Shown: positions 1-16,380 of the stretch, piece after piece
Layout: every line of letters starts with the position of its first letter
How positions within the stretch are numbered: position 1 is the first letter of the stretch
Source: the human T2T-CHM13v2.0 reference genome, Homo sapiens
Length of the DNA: 64,000 nt
Strand: one strand, 5' to 3'
NCBI RefSeq assembly: GCF_009914755.1
Contig: NC_060937.1
Position numbers and translations under genes: made by a program
The notes under the pieces: model-generated
The model's database searches: none
What the model was told of the DNA's origin: nothing
The model's input: the letters and a program-made list of their open reading frames with translations, nothing else

Positions 1-1020
1 TATTAGGATGAAAAGTTGTTTGTAAACTGCTATGAACATAAAGTGTTATATATCTGTTCTAAGATGATTACAGATACACTTTACGGTTGTTTTACAGATG
101 TTAAAGCTAAAGACAGTAATAGTGAAAGGGCAAATCCAACTTTACTTTCAAAGATTAATAAGGGGTTAAGTTATGTCTCGTGACTCTGAGAGTTCTTTGT
201 TTTGTATTGCTTTGTTTTAAATGAAAACGTTCACTGGTGTTAAATGCTAGGCTGATAACAAGCAAACATGATCATTGAAAATTATAAAGTTTGTTTTTTC
301 TCTGTATTTACTGGACATCTTGTTTCACAATATATTCATTTGTTTTAAATACATATACAGAATTATTTCTTAAATTTGTATTTTTTACTTTGATAATGCT
401 ACTTCTATGGCATTAACTCAATACAATTTCTAGTTTTCTCCGTTTTCATGAATGATACTGACAACGGCATTATTACTAGATACACAAGTGGGTCTGAAAA
501 TACAAAATCTGACCTTTATCGCTAATGGGATTAGCATGGGCTGCCATCTTTCATGGTGTGACATAACTGCTGTTTTGATAACTGACTACAATCAATCCTC
601 TGCACTTGCTTGATTCAGCAGAGCTGAATTGCTTTGAAGCCCTTCTCGCTGAGAAAACTGATTTTACTCTGGGAATTGGTGAATAATGTTTCTCTTACTC
701 TATACAGCTTTTGAGGGAATCTAATAAAACTGTTACCAAAGCATAATGACAATGTATGTGTAAGCATAATTTAAATAAACATACTTTAAAACTCAGTTGT
801 GAACCAAAATTGAATTTAGTGATTTGGATGTCAGAAACCTAGAATGAATGTCTTAGGCAGTGGGGCTAAAAGAAGAAAATCTAATGTCATTTGGCATGCT
901 GTTAGGTTCCATGTTAGTCTTATTAAACTCATAATAAAACTCAATATCAATAAAAAGCAATGTTTTCTAAGACCTAAAATTAAAGCAAAGGTAGAAAGTT
1001 TAAACTTTAAAAATGCCACT

Positions 1021-1405
1021 TGATATGGTTTGGCTCTGTGTCCCCACTCAAATCTCATCTTGAATTGTAATCCCCACATTTAAAGGGAGGGACCTGTAAT
1101 TCCCTGTGTCAAGAGAGGGAGGTGATTGGATCATGGGGACAGTTCTCCCATGCTGTTCTCGTGATAGTGAGTTCTCACGAGATCTGATGGTTTTATAAGT
1201 GTTTGGACGTTCATCCTTCATTCTTCTCTCTCCTACTGCCTTGTGAAGAAGGTGCTTGCTTCCTTTTCACCGTCTGCCATGATTGTAAGTTTCCTGAGGC
1301 CTCCCCAGCCATCCAGAACCATGAGAATTCAATTAAACCTCTTTCCTTTATATATTATCTAGTTTGGGGTGTTTCTCTATAGCAGTGTGAAAACAGACTA
1401 ATACA
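1021..1405 (+). mobile_element. Solo MaLR LTR, THE1C/THE1D-like
   Basis: Begins TGATATGGTTTGGCTCTGTGTCCCCAC and ends GACTAATACA; exact 5-bp TSD CCACT at 1016-1020 and 1406-1410. Confidence 0.92.
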
Positions 1406-1445
1406 CCACTTCATTTATGTTTACCTTCATGACTTGGAGGAAAAA

Positions 1446-3544
<2,099 letters not shown>

Positions 3545-4151
3545 GGAAAAATGTTTTTGAGTAACATGAGACTCTCTAGAAATGATTATGTCCATGCTTA
3601 TCATTTTGTGGATTCAAAAACAAAAGAACAGAGGTATGAAGTCGCATTTCCAACAACAGTGGTGATACCAGCATAGAGTCTTGGGTCAGTAACTGGTCAG
3701 AAAGAAGAGACATGGGTCACAGCAGAAGCCTATCCACAAAGAGCTAAGAGAGGGAGGGAGAAAGCCCCCAAGAGCTAGCTCTTGTCAAGACAGAGGTATA
3801 TGAATATTGAATGCACCACAAGGTGGGGCTTTAAATGACTTACCTGTAGAAACATAAAATCTATTGGTTTATTTATGATTGCTGGTGTCCCTATATACAC
3901 TGTTCAATCAAATCCTATTGATGTCTTTGTGTGCCAGTAAAATTACGAATTTGTAGTATCCCATAACAGTTTATATCATGTTGATTTTGGCTTTGATATT
4001 TTATACTCTTTGTCAACGTATAACTAAGTAGGCTTTGGGAAAGCTGAATACAGAAATTCTTTTTAAACATTGAATAGGAGCATTTTTAGCTGTTATCTTT
4101 TTCCTTCCCCTCAGCAATTTTCCTTGTTTTAAAAGCAGATACATTTAAAAA

Positions 4152-4191
4152 TCTCTCTCTCTCTCTCTCTTTTTTTTTTTTTTTTTTTTTT
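4152..4191. repeat. (TC)n microsatellite fused to a poly(T) run
   Basis: Directly visible in the sequence. Confidence 0.9.
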
Positions 4192-6859
4192 ACCTTAAGG
4201 TTACTCAAAGCATGGTAGCAATTGATCAACATTGTTATGTTGCTGGTATAATGATGTCAGTGTTTCCTCAGCTGAATAGCCAATTATTTAGCCACTGTCT
4301 TCATCACAAGACGAGGTGCCTCTCTTAGATCAGCTGAAATGTTCATTAGTTATTTCTTCATCTTTCTAGACCCTTGATATCTTGTTTGAGATTTCTTTAC
4401 TTTCATTTGCAAAGCCCCATGTGTGTACACAGGGAAAAATACAAACAAGTGGATTCACATATGTGTTCTACTTCATTGATATGAATAAAATCTATTACTC
4501 TTGTTGGACCCGATTAATGAAAAGAGGTACTAGGGTTAAGTGATGGCTGCTATGATGATATACAAAAAGGCACTGTCCACACACAATTACATTTGATAAT
4601 ATGTTACTTCATGTCCTTTTATTTATTTGTTTATTTTCCCCTCCCATATGCTTTGAGAACATAAAACTTATCTACTAACTAGTTTGTATCTCCTTAAAAT
4701 TCTGCCTCAATATTGTACTCCATATGCCATGAACAATTAATAAATTATGTTGACTTTACTTCAAAATATATTACTGCACCTGTTTCTCTCAAAATATTCT
4801 GAATAAGCTGGGTTTTATACTTTCTCAAGCCACTGAGGAACAAGTTTGCTTAAATCTTTGCATTTGACTTCGGCAGTTAATAAGCATCAGATTTAGGTAC
4901 ATTTAATATTATTATCTTCTGTCTCCTCTATCTTGCTCCACTTTGTGAAATTATTAAATCTGTCATTCTTTTTCATGGAGAGATAAGTGGTCTTAATTAG
5001 AATTATGCACATTTTAGAAGTGGAAGAAACTTGTCAGTCACCAAAGAGGAACCCGGGACCTCCACTGACTCATGTTTAAGGTTCAGGCCACAGAACTGCT
5101 TTAGAAGCACAGCCAGAACTATGAACTAACTTTTGGCCAGCAGAATTTTTGTAAGGTGCCACACTGATATTAAAAAATGATTGGTTGTATTGGCTAGGAA
5201 TTGTATTGCAGTCCATTGCTTAACTCTACACCAAATTTTCCTCTAAGAATAGCTTCAGTTATTTTCCCCCTTTAAACCTCAAATTGTGGCTAATCCCTGT
5301 TATTTATCAAGATCACCAGGATCCTGTGCATTTGACAGCTTTTGCTGTAATGTAACCTTAGGGGCTGCCAGTGAAGAAACAAATTAACATTTTCCTGCTC
5401 CTCAACCCCCCAGGGTAAAAGGAACAGCTTCAGTGCATTATTTGGAAAGAAAAGGCAAGGGTCATTTTATTTGTATTCAGTTTAACCTCCCAGGGCAGGT
5501 TGTTGACATTGGAACTGGCGAATAGAAAACTGTTAAGAACTATTAAGTTCTCATTAGTGATACCCCTGGATTAGGGCCATGTGGTATAGGACGTCATTTA
5601 ATAGTAAATATTAAAGAATATTTATGAAAAGAAGAGAAAGGCATGTCTGCATTATTTAGAAGAAGTAAATAGAAGAGTAGAACTTAATTGCTATCAAAAC
5701 CGGGTCAGAGCCTAATTATGATTTCAGTGGCATGTAACTTTACCTTCTCATTTATTGACTTCGTCATTGTTTGTGGCAATGCCATGGCTCGAAGAATAAA
5801 GTGCCTTCAGAAATGTGAGGAGCTCAGAATCATTATTAAATTCAGGCTGTCTATACAATTAATAATTAAATGAAATTTTATCTTTACTAGTTTTCAGAAT
5901 GGTTTGTTATGAGATAAGATAATATTAATCCATCTGCCAGGGGACAATCTGAAAAAGAATAGAACTCATATCAATTAATTCATCCTACTTTGAAAGTCTA
6001 TATACAGACTGAATTGTGGCACGCCAATTATTAATGATTTAAATTTTATGAATTCTTATATGCCATTAATAATTTAAGGTGCAGGAAAACAAGGACAACA
6101 GCACAAATTGGCACGTTGGTGGCACAGCAACAAAACTTGCACCTAACACAGGGCAACAGAAGAAAAGCTCTGGATCACATCTTGAGAAAACCAGCATTAT
6201 TAATTTGTGAACTTTATGTATTTTTTTAACATTTTCTCATAACAAATTCCTGATTATACGTATAGCATATGAAGGCATTAAGTGGTCGTTTGGTTTAGGT
6301 GCAGGTCTCCTAAAATTTATTAGCTTTTCTTCCATAAGCATTCACCTGGAGGTCAGTTATTAGAATTTTAAAGCAAATTGGATTTATTATTTTTGAAAGT
6401 TGAATGTTTGTTTTTACATTTGTTTTAAAATTATTATTTTTCTCTTCATATCTAGAAAATCACGTTTACCCAAACTAGGAGGGAAAAAATAACTAACATA
6501 CATATAACTTGGAAGAGCAAAAAAGAATTATAACTAGAAAGGCAGAATTTAAAAGTAGAAACAATACAAATCCCCAGAATTCAATTTTACTTCAAAACAG
6601 TTTTTGTGGAAAGACCAAAATTCAGCAAACCTAATTTTTAAAGGCTTATTTAAATGCAATGTTTGCTTTTAACATACTGTGTGACCATATGCACATCCCT
6701 GTGCCTATTTTAACTTTTTTTCTGTAAAGTTCAGTTAATAAATTATAGTTTATTGGCTTGTAGTGAGAATGTAAAAGTGAAGTACAGTGTTATATTTCAA
6801 AGCCGCCACTTTTGGTGTTAGATTAAAATTCCATTAAAATTGGGAGAGACATTTATTCT

Positions 6860-6955
6860 TTCTAGTTTTCTGTGTCTTCATCTGCAAAATGTTGTGAGAG
6901 TTTGAGATAAAATATGTGAAGTACCTGGCACACAGTAGGTATTTAGTCAATAGAT
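6860..6955 (+). mobile_element. MIR/L2-type fragment
   Basis: TTCATCTGCAAAATG...ATGTGAAGTACCTGGCACACAGTAGGTATTTAG resembles the MIR core and 3' tail. Confidence 0.55.
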
Positions 6956-8559
6956 CTATTTTTTAATCTTGTTATACAAGACTTTGAAGGAAGATTAATA
7001 ACCTATGATAAGTACCCTCGACGGGCAGTTTTCTACTAATGTTGAGGAAAAGATAATGTTATGCAAATAACAATTATATATTTTTATGAAACCATATAAT
7101 TTTTACATGTACCTTGAATCAAACTGTTAGGACAAATTAAACTCCAGGATGAAAAGGTATTTTGTCAAACCTTCTGCCATTCATCAGAGTCCCCATTTCA
7201 ATTATGAATTTTATCCTACAGCATCTGTTGGATATTTTTCTTTTGCACTGAAAGTTTTAGAATTTACCAGCAAAAGCCTATTTCGTGCCACAGATAGAAG
7301 ACATTTTAGCGACAGCCTTGGATACCAAGTACCTATAAAAGTTAGTTTGGTAACAATAAGTCCAAATAGATACTTTGAGCATCTTTGAATCCGGGGTACG
7401 AAGCTCCATAAACAAGTCTGCTTTTGGACCTGTGTCAAGAAGTGAATGGAACTTAGAGAGATTGAATATAGTGGATACTTTAGAGGCATGGAAATTAAAA
7501 ACAGGAAGAGATATTCCCTGTGGAGATAAAACAGTGAGATAATGATGGAAAAGGTCTCTAGCAGCAGAGAGGCACAGTGAAAAGCAAACAGGTAGCTCAT
7601 TAAAGGTTGAAGGTTAATTGAGGATGTCTATTCTTATGGTTTACAACTATGTATATAACATCTTGCTAGATGAGGTGTGGATACAATGCATGGCATTCTT
7701 CATTTATTTACCTATGTGAAAAGTCATAGAATCTCTTATGTGGAGGAGACATTAGTGGTTATTTACTTTGATCCATGTGCAATTTTACATCCCATAAAAT
7801 CAATTTACAAAGTGTTCCTTGGCTGAAATGAGAATTTTAGTAGCAATAGTTATTTTGATTCATATTGCTTGTTTTCATATCTCTGTTTTTGTTTGATTAA
7901 GGATATGTGTGACTTAGACTTTGCATCGTTTGGTTCCATTTAAATTGGTAGTTTATAAGGGCAACAGGAGCCTTGTAGGAATCCTGGTAGCTGGCTGCTC
8001 AGCAACAGGAAAATGAATAAATGTGTGATTGGCAACCTGAACTCTGCTTATAGCTACAATAAAAAGTAAATTAATAATAACAATAAAGATTATGTGACAA
8101 TGTATTTCAGGTTAATTTATATCCACTAAATATTTAGCTGTTTTTAGGAAAAAGCAAAACAAAACAAAGGGCTATAGAAAACACAAGATAATTGTGGTTA
8201 CCGAATCTTAAAAAGACATGTAATATTTGTCATAGAGGGACATTAGGAGTTTTTATCTAAAGATAGAAGTGACAGCAGACAAATTTCGTTATATTGTTTG
8301 CTGCAAAGAGAAAGGGATCAATTTTGTCTCCCAGGTGCCATATACTTTACCAAAGGAAACAACAGTACATTCCAAATGAGTTTTTTTTTATTGTAATAAT
8401 TGTTATTGTTTTAAAAAGCCTAAGAGAGGAAACCTTCAAACCTTTTTTTTTTGGAACTATATCTTCTCTAACTGCAATTTTAGTTACCTAATTTAGATGC
8501 AAATTTGTTTTTGAGACATAAATCACATTAAATTTATTGTAAAAATTGGAGAATTAAAA

Positions 8560-9611
8560 TGTTAATAACTGCAAACAATAAAAAATTTTTACTATATTTG
8601 CAGTCTAACAAATTAACCTGCCATAGTTTCATGGATGGTTATAGAAAACACAAGACTATTGGGTCAGAGGTTAAGGACAGTTTATTACCTTAAGAGTCTT
8701 AGCATTTTGCACATTTTCCAAATCCCCAATTCCCGTAGGGCAACACAAAGAGAGCCAGGTGACAAATGCACACATAATAGTTGCATTTAGGAAAGAAAGC
8801 CTGACCTTAGGGGACTTGAAGCTTGCTACTCTGTCTTCTGCAGAGAGACTGTACTAATCAGTTTTCTCCAGAGAAAGAGAACCAATAGGATATATAGGTA
8901 AATAAGCAGAGATTTATTATCAGAATAGGCTCACATAATTAGGGAGGCCAAGAAGTCCTAATATAAGCTGTCTGCAAGCTGGAGAATACAAAAATCTGTG
9001 GTGTGTTTCAGTACAAGTCCAAAGGCTGGACAGCTTCAGGGCCACTAGTATAAGTCCTGGAGCCTGAAGGCCCAAGAACCAGAAACTCTGATGTTCATGG
9101 GTAGGAGAATATGGATGTTTCAACTAAAGAAGAAAGAGAATTAGCCCCTCATCTGCCTTTTTGTTATATTCAACCTATCAATGAATTATATAATGCCCTC
9201 CTACATTTGTGAGGATAGATCTTCCACACTCAGTTTAGCATTTCAAATGCTAATCTCTTCCAGAAACACCTTCACAGACACACCCAAAGATAATGTTTTA
9301 TCAGCTATCCAGGCATCCCTTAACCCAGTTAAGCTGACATAAAATTAACCATCACAGAGACATTATCTTTATTACACAGAACAGTAAGCATGCCTTCTCT
9401 TTGTTCCAGAGAAAAGGAGTCATTATCTTTATCTTCCAAGGCTTGAAGCAAACCTGTCTTCTCCTCAAGAGAGAGATTGTATTTCTATATTCTAATGCTC
9501 TTTGCTGTATAAACACCCTGAAAAAGATAATGTAGAGCAAAGAGCAGTCAGTGTCTCATTTTGCTAGATTAGCAGAAATATACAAAACAAATAGAAAAGT
9601 GCATCTCAACA
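8560..9611 (-). mobile_element. ERVL solo LTR, LTR40-like, split by a nested MLT2
   Basis: Minus strand starts TGTTGAGATG...GAGACACTGACTGCTCTTTG...ATTATCTTTTTCAGGGTGTTT and ends AATAAA...CTCTGACCCAATAGTCTTGTG...CATCCATGAAACTATGGCAGG...TTAACA, matching the recalled LTR40 architecture. Confidence 0.7.
8850..9356 (-). mobile_element. MLT2 (ERVL) solo LTR
   Basis: Minus strand begins TGTGATGGTTAATTTTATGTCAGCTTAACTGGGTTAAGGGATGCC; exact 5-bp TSD GAGAC at 8845-8849 and 9357-9361. Confidence 0.88.
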
Positions 9612-10506
9612 ATAAAATGCACAATATAGTTCACCAGAACAAATAAGAGATAGAAGTAAACATTGAGATAGATGTAACATGGTTAATGTTCATTCATAAT
9701 GCTTCAGTTGAACATCAAATTGAGTAGTAACATTTTTTGTTTTTTTAATAATACAAGATATCCAAGTAGTAAGGTTTAGGTAAGCACTACAGTTCTTTTA
9801 ACTTTTTCCACAAAATCTGAAATGTGAACGAATGGTATGTAGTTGTTGCACTGTTATGCTAAGCATTATGGCAGTACCAAAAAATTATGTTCCCTGAAGT
9901 GGTTTATCATGTCTCTGGGGAGACATAAAGTTCATATATGAAGCATACTAGAGAACAATCTGTGGAGATATATATTGAAATATAAGATTATGGGTATAAA
10001 ATTAATATCCTATAGATTTAGTTTATAAGCCATTTTAACATGTATTGCCTTATTTTGTATCCTCACCTCATTTGTATTGCCATATTTTATCGATTTTACA
10101 ATTTAAACTTTTTATTATCTCTGAAATAATCACGAATCTTATACTTGATGGCACCTTGCAAATAAAATAGCTGTATTTTCTGAGGGGTACAGGTAATATT
10201 AGTACATTTTTCACCATTTGAAATGTATAATTTCCATTTGGAAAGAAAGTGAAGCTCAAAAATGTGTAGTTATTTTCCGAGAACAGCACAGCCAATAGAT
10301 GTTATGGCAAAACTTAAGCCCTTTTAGAATAAAAGATAGAATACACTGTAATTTAACAACAAGATCTTTCTGCCCCATGGTTCAACACTTCACACTATTC
10401 TATTATGGAAGACATTAAGAGTTTTAAAAGAAATAGTATTCTTTAAGATTAACTTAATATCAAAAGGATCATTTGCCTGAGTCCTCATAAGAATTTCATC
10501 AAAGAG

Positions 10507-13500
10507 GAGTCCCCGGGCAAGATGGCCGAATAGGAACAGCTCTGGTCTATAGTTCCCAGTGAGACCAATGCAGAAGGCAGGTGATTTCCGCATTTCCAAC
10601 TCAGGTACCCCGTTCATCTCATTCAGACTGGTTGGACAGTGGGTGCAGCCCACGGAAGGCAAGCAGAAGCAGGGTGGGGTGTTGCCTCACCAGGGAAGTG
10701 CAAGAGGTTGGGGAACTCCCTTCCTTACCCAAGGGAAGTCATGAGGGACTGTGTCTTGAGGGACAAGTGCTATCTGGCCCAGTTACTGTGCTTTTTCTAT
10801 GGTCTTTGCAAATCGCAGACCAAGAGATTCCCTTGGGTGCCTACACCACAAGGGCCTGGGTTTCAAGCACAAAACTGGGCAGCCATTTGGGCAGACATCA
10901 AGATAGCTGCAGGAGTTTTTTTCATACCCCAGTGGCGCCTGGAACTCCAGTAAAACAGAACCTTTCACTCCCTTGGAAAGGGGGTTGACGCCAGGGAGCC
11001 AAGTGGCCTTGCTCAGCAGATCTGACCCTCATGGAGCCCAGCAAGCTAAGATCCACTGGCTTGAAATTCTCGCTGCCAGCACAGCAGTCTGAAATCGACC
11101 TGGACACTCGAGCCTCCTGGGGAGAAGGACATCTGCCATTACTGAGGCTTGAGTAGGCGGTTTTCCCCTCACAGTGTAAACAAAGCCGCCTGGAAGTTAG
11201 GACTGGGTGGAGCCCACCGCAGCTCACCAGAGCCCCTGTAGCCAGACTGCCTTTCTAGATTCATCCTCTCTGGGCAAGGAGTCTCTGAGAGAAAGGCAGC
11301 AGCCCTAGTCAGGGGCTTATAGTTAAAACTCCCATCTCCCTGGGACTGAGCACCCAGGGGAAGGCGTGGCTGTGGGCGCAGCTTCAGCAGACTTAAACGT
11401 TCCTTCCTGTCTACCCTGAAGAGAGCGGTGGAACTCCCAGCACAGTGCTCGAACTCTGCTAAGGGACAGACTGCCTCCTCAAGTGGGTCCCTGACCCCCA
11501 TGCCTCCTGATGGAGAGACACCTCCCAGCAGGGGTCGACAGACACCTCATACAGGAGAGCTCTAGCTGGCATCTGGCAGGTGCCCCTCTGGGAGGAAGTT
11601 TCCAAAGGAAGGAGCAGGCAGCAATCTGGGCTATTCTGCAGCCTCTGCTGGTGAGACCCAGGCAAACAGGGTCTGGAGTCAACCGCCAGCAAACTCCAGC
11701 AGTCCTGCAGAAGAAGGGCCTGACTGTTAGAAGGAAAACTAATAATCAGAAAGTGATAGCATCAATATCAACAGAAATGACGACCATACAAAAACTCCAC
11801 CAACATCAAAGACCAACGTTAGATAAATCCACGGAGATGAGGATAAAACAGCACAAAAAGGCTGAAAATTCCAAAAACCAGAATGCCTATACTAAATATG
11901 GAAAGGAAAAACCGGTACCAGACACTGCAAAAACAAACTAAAATGTAAAGACCATCAACATCATGAAGAAACTGCGTCAACTAATGGGCAAAATAACCAG
12001 CCAGCATCATAAAGACAGGATCAAATTCACACATAACAATATCAGCCTTAAATGTAAATGGGCTAAATACCTCAATTAAAAGGCACAGACAGGCAAATTG
12101 GATAAAGAGTCAAGACCAATCGGTGTGCTGTATTCAGGAGACCCATCTCATGTGAAAAGACACACATAGACTGAAAATAAATGGAGGAAGACTTACCAAG
12201 CAAACGGAAAGCAAAAAAAAAAAAAAAGCAGGGGTTGCAATCATACTCTCAGATAAAACAGACTTTAAGCCAAAAAAGATCAAAAAAGACAAAGAAGGGC
12301 ATTATATTGGTAAAGGGATCAATGCAACAAGAAGAACTACTGTAAATATATTTGCAACCAATACAGGAGCACCCAGATTCATAAAGCAAGTTCTTAGAGA
12401 CCTACAAAGAGACTTAGACTTCCACACAATCATAGTGGGAAACTTTAACACCCCACTGTCAATATTAGACGGATCAATGAGACAGAAAATTAAGAAGACT
12501 ATTCAGGACTTGAACTCAGCTCTGGACCAAGCAGACCTAATAGACATCTACAGAACTCTCCACCCCAAATCAACACAATATGCATTCTTCTCAATACCAC
12601 ATAGCACTTATTCTAAAATTGACCGCATAATTGGAAGTAAAACACTCCTCAGCAAATGCAAAAGAATGGAAATCATAACAAACAGTCTCTCAGACCACAG
12701 TGTAATCAAATTAGAACTCAGGATTAAGAAACTCACTCAAAACCACACAACTGCATGGAAACTGAAAAACCCACTCCTGAATGACTATTGGGTAAATAAT
12801 GAAAATAAGGCAGAGCTAAGTAAGTTCTTTGAAACCAATGAGAACAAAGACACAATGTACCAGAATCTGTGGGACACAGCTAAAGCCATGTTTAGCAGGA
12901 AATTTATAGCACTAAATGCCCACAGGAGAAAGCAGAAAGATCTAAAGTCGACACCCTAACAACACAATTAAAAGAACTAGAGAAGCAAGAGCAAACAAAT
13001 TCAGAAGCTAGCAGAAGACAAGAAATAACTAAGATCAGAGCAAAACTGAAGGCTATAGAGACACCAAAAACTCTTCAAAAAATCAATGAATCCAGGACCT
13101 GGTTTTCTGAAAAGATTAACAAAATAGATGATAGACTGCTAGCCAGACTAATAAAGAAGAAAAGAGAGAAGAATTAAATGGACAGAATAAAAAATGATAA
13201 AGGAGAAATCACTACTTATCCCACAGAAATATGAACTACTATCAGAGAATACTATAAACACCTCTACTCAAATAAACTAGAAAATCTAGAAGAAATGGAT
13301 AAATTCCTGGACACATACACCCTCCTGAGACTAAACCAGGGAGAAGTTGAATCCCTGAATAGACCAATAACAACTTCTGAAATTGAGGCAGTAATTAAAG
13401 GTCTACCAAAAAAAGCCCAGGACCAGATGGATTCACAGCTGAATTCTACCAGAGGTACAAACAGGAGCTGGTACCATTCCTTCTGAAACTATTCCAAACA

Positions 13501-16040
13501 ATAGAAAAAGAGGGAATCCTTCCTAACTCATTTTATGAGGCCAGCATCATCCTGATACCAAAACCTGGCAAAGACACAACAACAACAAAAAATTTCAGGC
13601 TAATATCCCAGATGAACATCGATGTGAAAATCTTCAATAAAATACTGGGAAACTGAATCCAGCAGAGCATTAAAAAGCTTATCCACCTTGATCAAGTCAG
13701 CTTCATCCCTAGGAAGCAAGGCTGGTTCAACATATGCAAATCAATGAACATAATCCATCACATAAACAGAAGCAATGACAAAAACCACATGATTATCTCA
13801 ATAGATGCAGAAAGGGTCTTTGAGAAAATTCAACACCCCTTCATGCTAAAAACTCTCAATAAACTAGTTATTGATGGAACATATCTCAAAATAATAAGAG
13901 CTATTTATGACAAACCCACAGCCAATATCGTACTAAATGGGCAAAAGCTGGAAGCATTCCCTTTAAAAACTGGCACAAGAAAGTCCTCTCTCACCATTCT
14001 TATTCAACATAATATTGGAAGTTCTGGCCAGGGCAATCAGGCAAGAGAAAGAAATAAAACGTATTCAAATAAGAAGAGAGGAAGTCAAACTATCTCTGTT
14101 TGCAGATGACATGATTGTATGTTTAGAAAACCCCATTGTCTGAACCTAAAAACTCCTTAACCTGGTAAGCAACTTCAACAAGGTCTCAGGATACAAAACC
14201 AATGTGCAAAAATCACAAGCATTCCTATATGCCAAATAATAGACAGAGAGCCAAATCAAGAGCAACTCCCAATTACGCTTGCTACGAAGAGAATAAAATA
14301 CCTAGGAATACAACTTACGAGGGATGTGAAGGACCTCTTCAAGGAGAACTGCAAACCACTGCTCAAGGAAATAAGAGGGGACACAAACAAATGGAAAAAC
14401 ATGCCATGCTCAGAGATAGGGATAACCAATATCATGAAAATGGCCATACTGCCTGAAGTAATTTATAGATTCAATGCTATTCCCATCAGGCTACCATTGA
14501 CTTTCTTCACATAATTAGAAAAATCTAAATTTCATATGGAACCAAAAAAGCCTGTATAGCCAAGACAATCCTAAGCAAAAAGAACAAAACTGGAGGCATC
14601 ATGCTACCTAACTTCAGACTATACTATAAGGCTACAGTAATAAAAACAGCATGGTACTGGTACCAAAACAGATATATAGACTAATGGAACAGAGCAGAGG
14701 TCTCAGAAATAACACCACACATTTACAACCATACGATCTTTGACAAGCCTGACAAAAACAAGCAATGGGGAAATAATTCCCTGTTTAGTAAATGGTGCTG
14801 GGAAAACTGGCTAGCCACATGTAGAAAACTGAAAGTGGACCCCTTCCTTACACCTTACACAAAAATTAACTCAAGATGGATTAAAGATTTAAATGTGAGA
14901 TCTAAAACCATAAATACCCTAGAAGAAAACCTAGGTAATACCATTCAGGACATAGGCATGGGGAAAGACTTCATGACTAAAACACCAAAAGCAATTGCAA
15001 CAAAAACCAAAATTGACAAATGGTATCTCATTAAACTAAAGAAATTCTGCACAGCAAAAGTAACTATCATCAGAGTGAACAGGCAACCTCCAGAATGGGA
15101 GAAAATTTTTGCAATCTATCCATCTGACAAAGGGCTAATATCCAGAATCTACAAGGAACTTAAACAAATTTACAAGAAAAAAAACCAAACAACCCCATCA
15201 AAAAGTGGGCAAAGGATATGAACAGACACTTCTCAAAAGAAGACATTTATGCGGCCAACAAACATATGAAAAAAAGCTCATCATCACTGGTCTTTAGAGA
15301 AATGCAAATCAAAACCACAATGAGATACCACCTCACGCCAGTTAGAATGGCAATGATTAAAAAGTCAGGAAACAACAGATGTTGGAGAGGATGCAGAGAA
15401 ATAGGAACACTTTTACACTGTTAGTGGTAGTATAAGTTAGTTCAACCATTGTGGAAGACAGTGTGATGATTCCTCAAGGATCTAGAACCAGAAATACCAT
15501 TTGACCCAGCAATCCCATTACTGGATATATACACAAAGGATTATAAATCATTCTACTATAAAGACCCATGCTCACATATGTTAATTGAAGCACTATGCAC
15601 AATAGCAAAGACTTGGAACCAACCCAAATGCCCATCAATGTTAGACTGGATAAAGAAAATGTGGCACATATACACCATGGAATACTATGCAGCCATAAAA
15701 AGGAATGCATTCATATCCTTTGCAGGGACATGGATGAAGCTGGAAACCATCATTCTCAGCAAATTAACACAAGAACAGAAAACCAAACACTGCCTGTTCT
15801 CACTCATAAGTGGGATTTGAAGAATGAAAACATGGGCACAGGGATGGGAACATCACACACTGGGGCCTGTCGAGGGGTGGTGGGCAAGGGGAGGGATAAC
15901 ATTAGGAGAAATAACCTAATGTAGATGATGGGTTGATGGGTGCAGTAAACCACCATGGCACATGTATACCCATGTAACAAACCTGCATACTCTGCACATG
16001 TATCCCAGAACTTAAAGTATAATTAAAAAAGAAAGAAAGA
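10507..16040 (+). mobile_element. Near-full-length LINE-1 (L1PA7-like), inactive, with an internal ORF1 deletion
   Basis: 5'UTR starts with CAAGATGGCCGAATAGGAACAGCTC (YY1 motif 10518-10527). ORF2 fragments cover the EN, RT and C-terminal regions (ORFs between 12435 and 15820) with many stops and frameshifts. 3'UTR and A-rich tail present. TSD core AATTTCATCAAAGAG at 10492-10506 and 16357-16371. Confidence 0.95.
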
Positions 16041-16049
16041 AAGAATTTT

Positions 16050-16380
<331 letters not shown>

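Noticed and set aside
7149-7600. 129-aa and 79-aa ORFs in unique sequence
   Set aside because: No recognisable domain and no splice context; consistent with chance ORFs.
10390-11941. Many overlapping ORFs on both strands
   Set aside because: They fall in the GC-rich L1 5'UTR, and the only recognisable protein match is the truncated ORF1 start. I cannot support an intact ORF0.
12435-15924. Reverse transcriptase/endonuclease-like ORFs as a novel retroelement system
   Set aside because: They are ordinary degenerate L1 ORF2 with a lost start codon and multiple stops.
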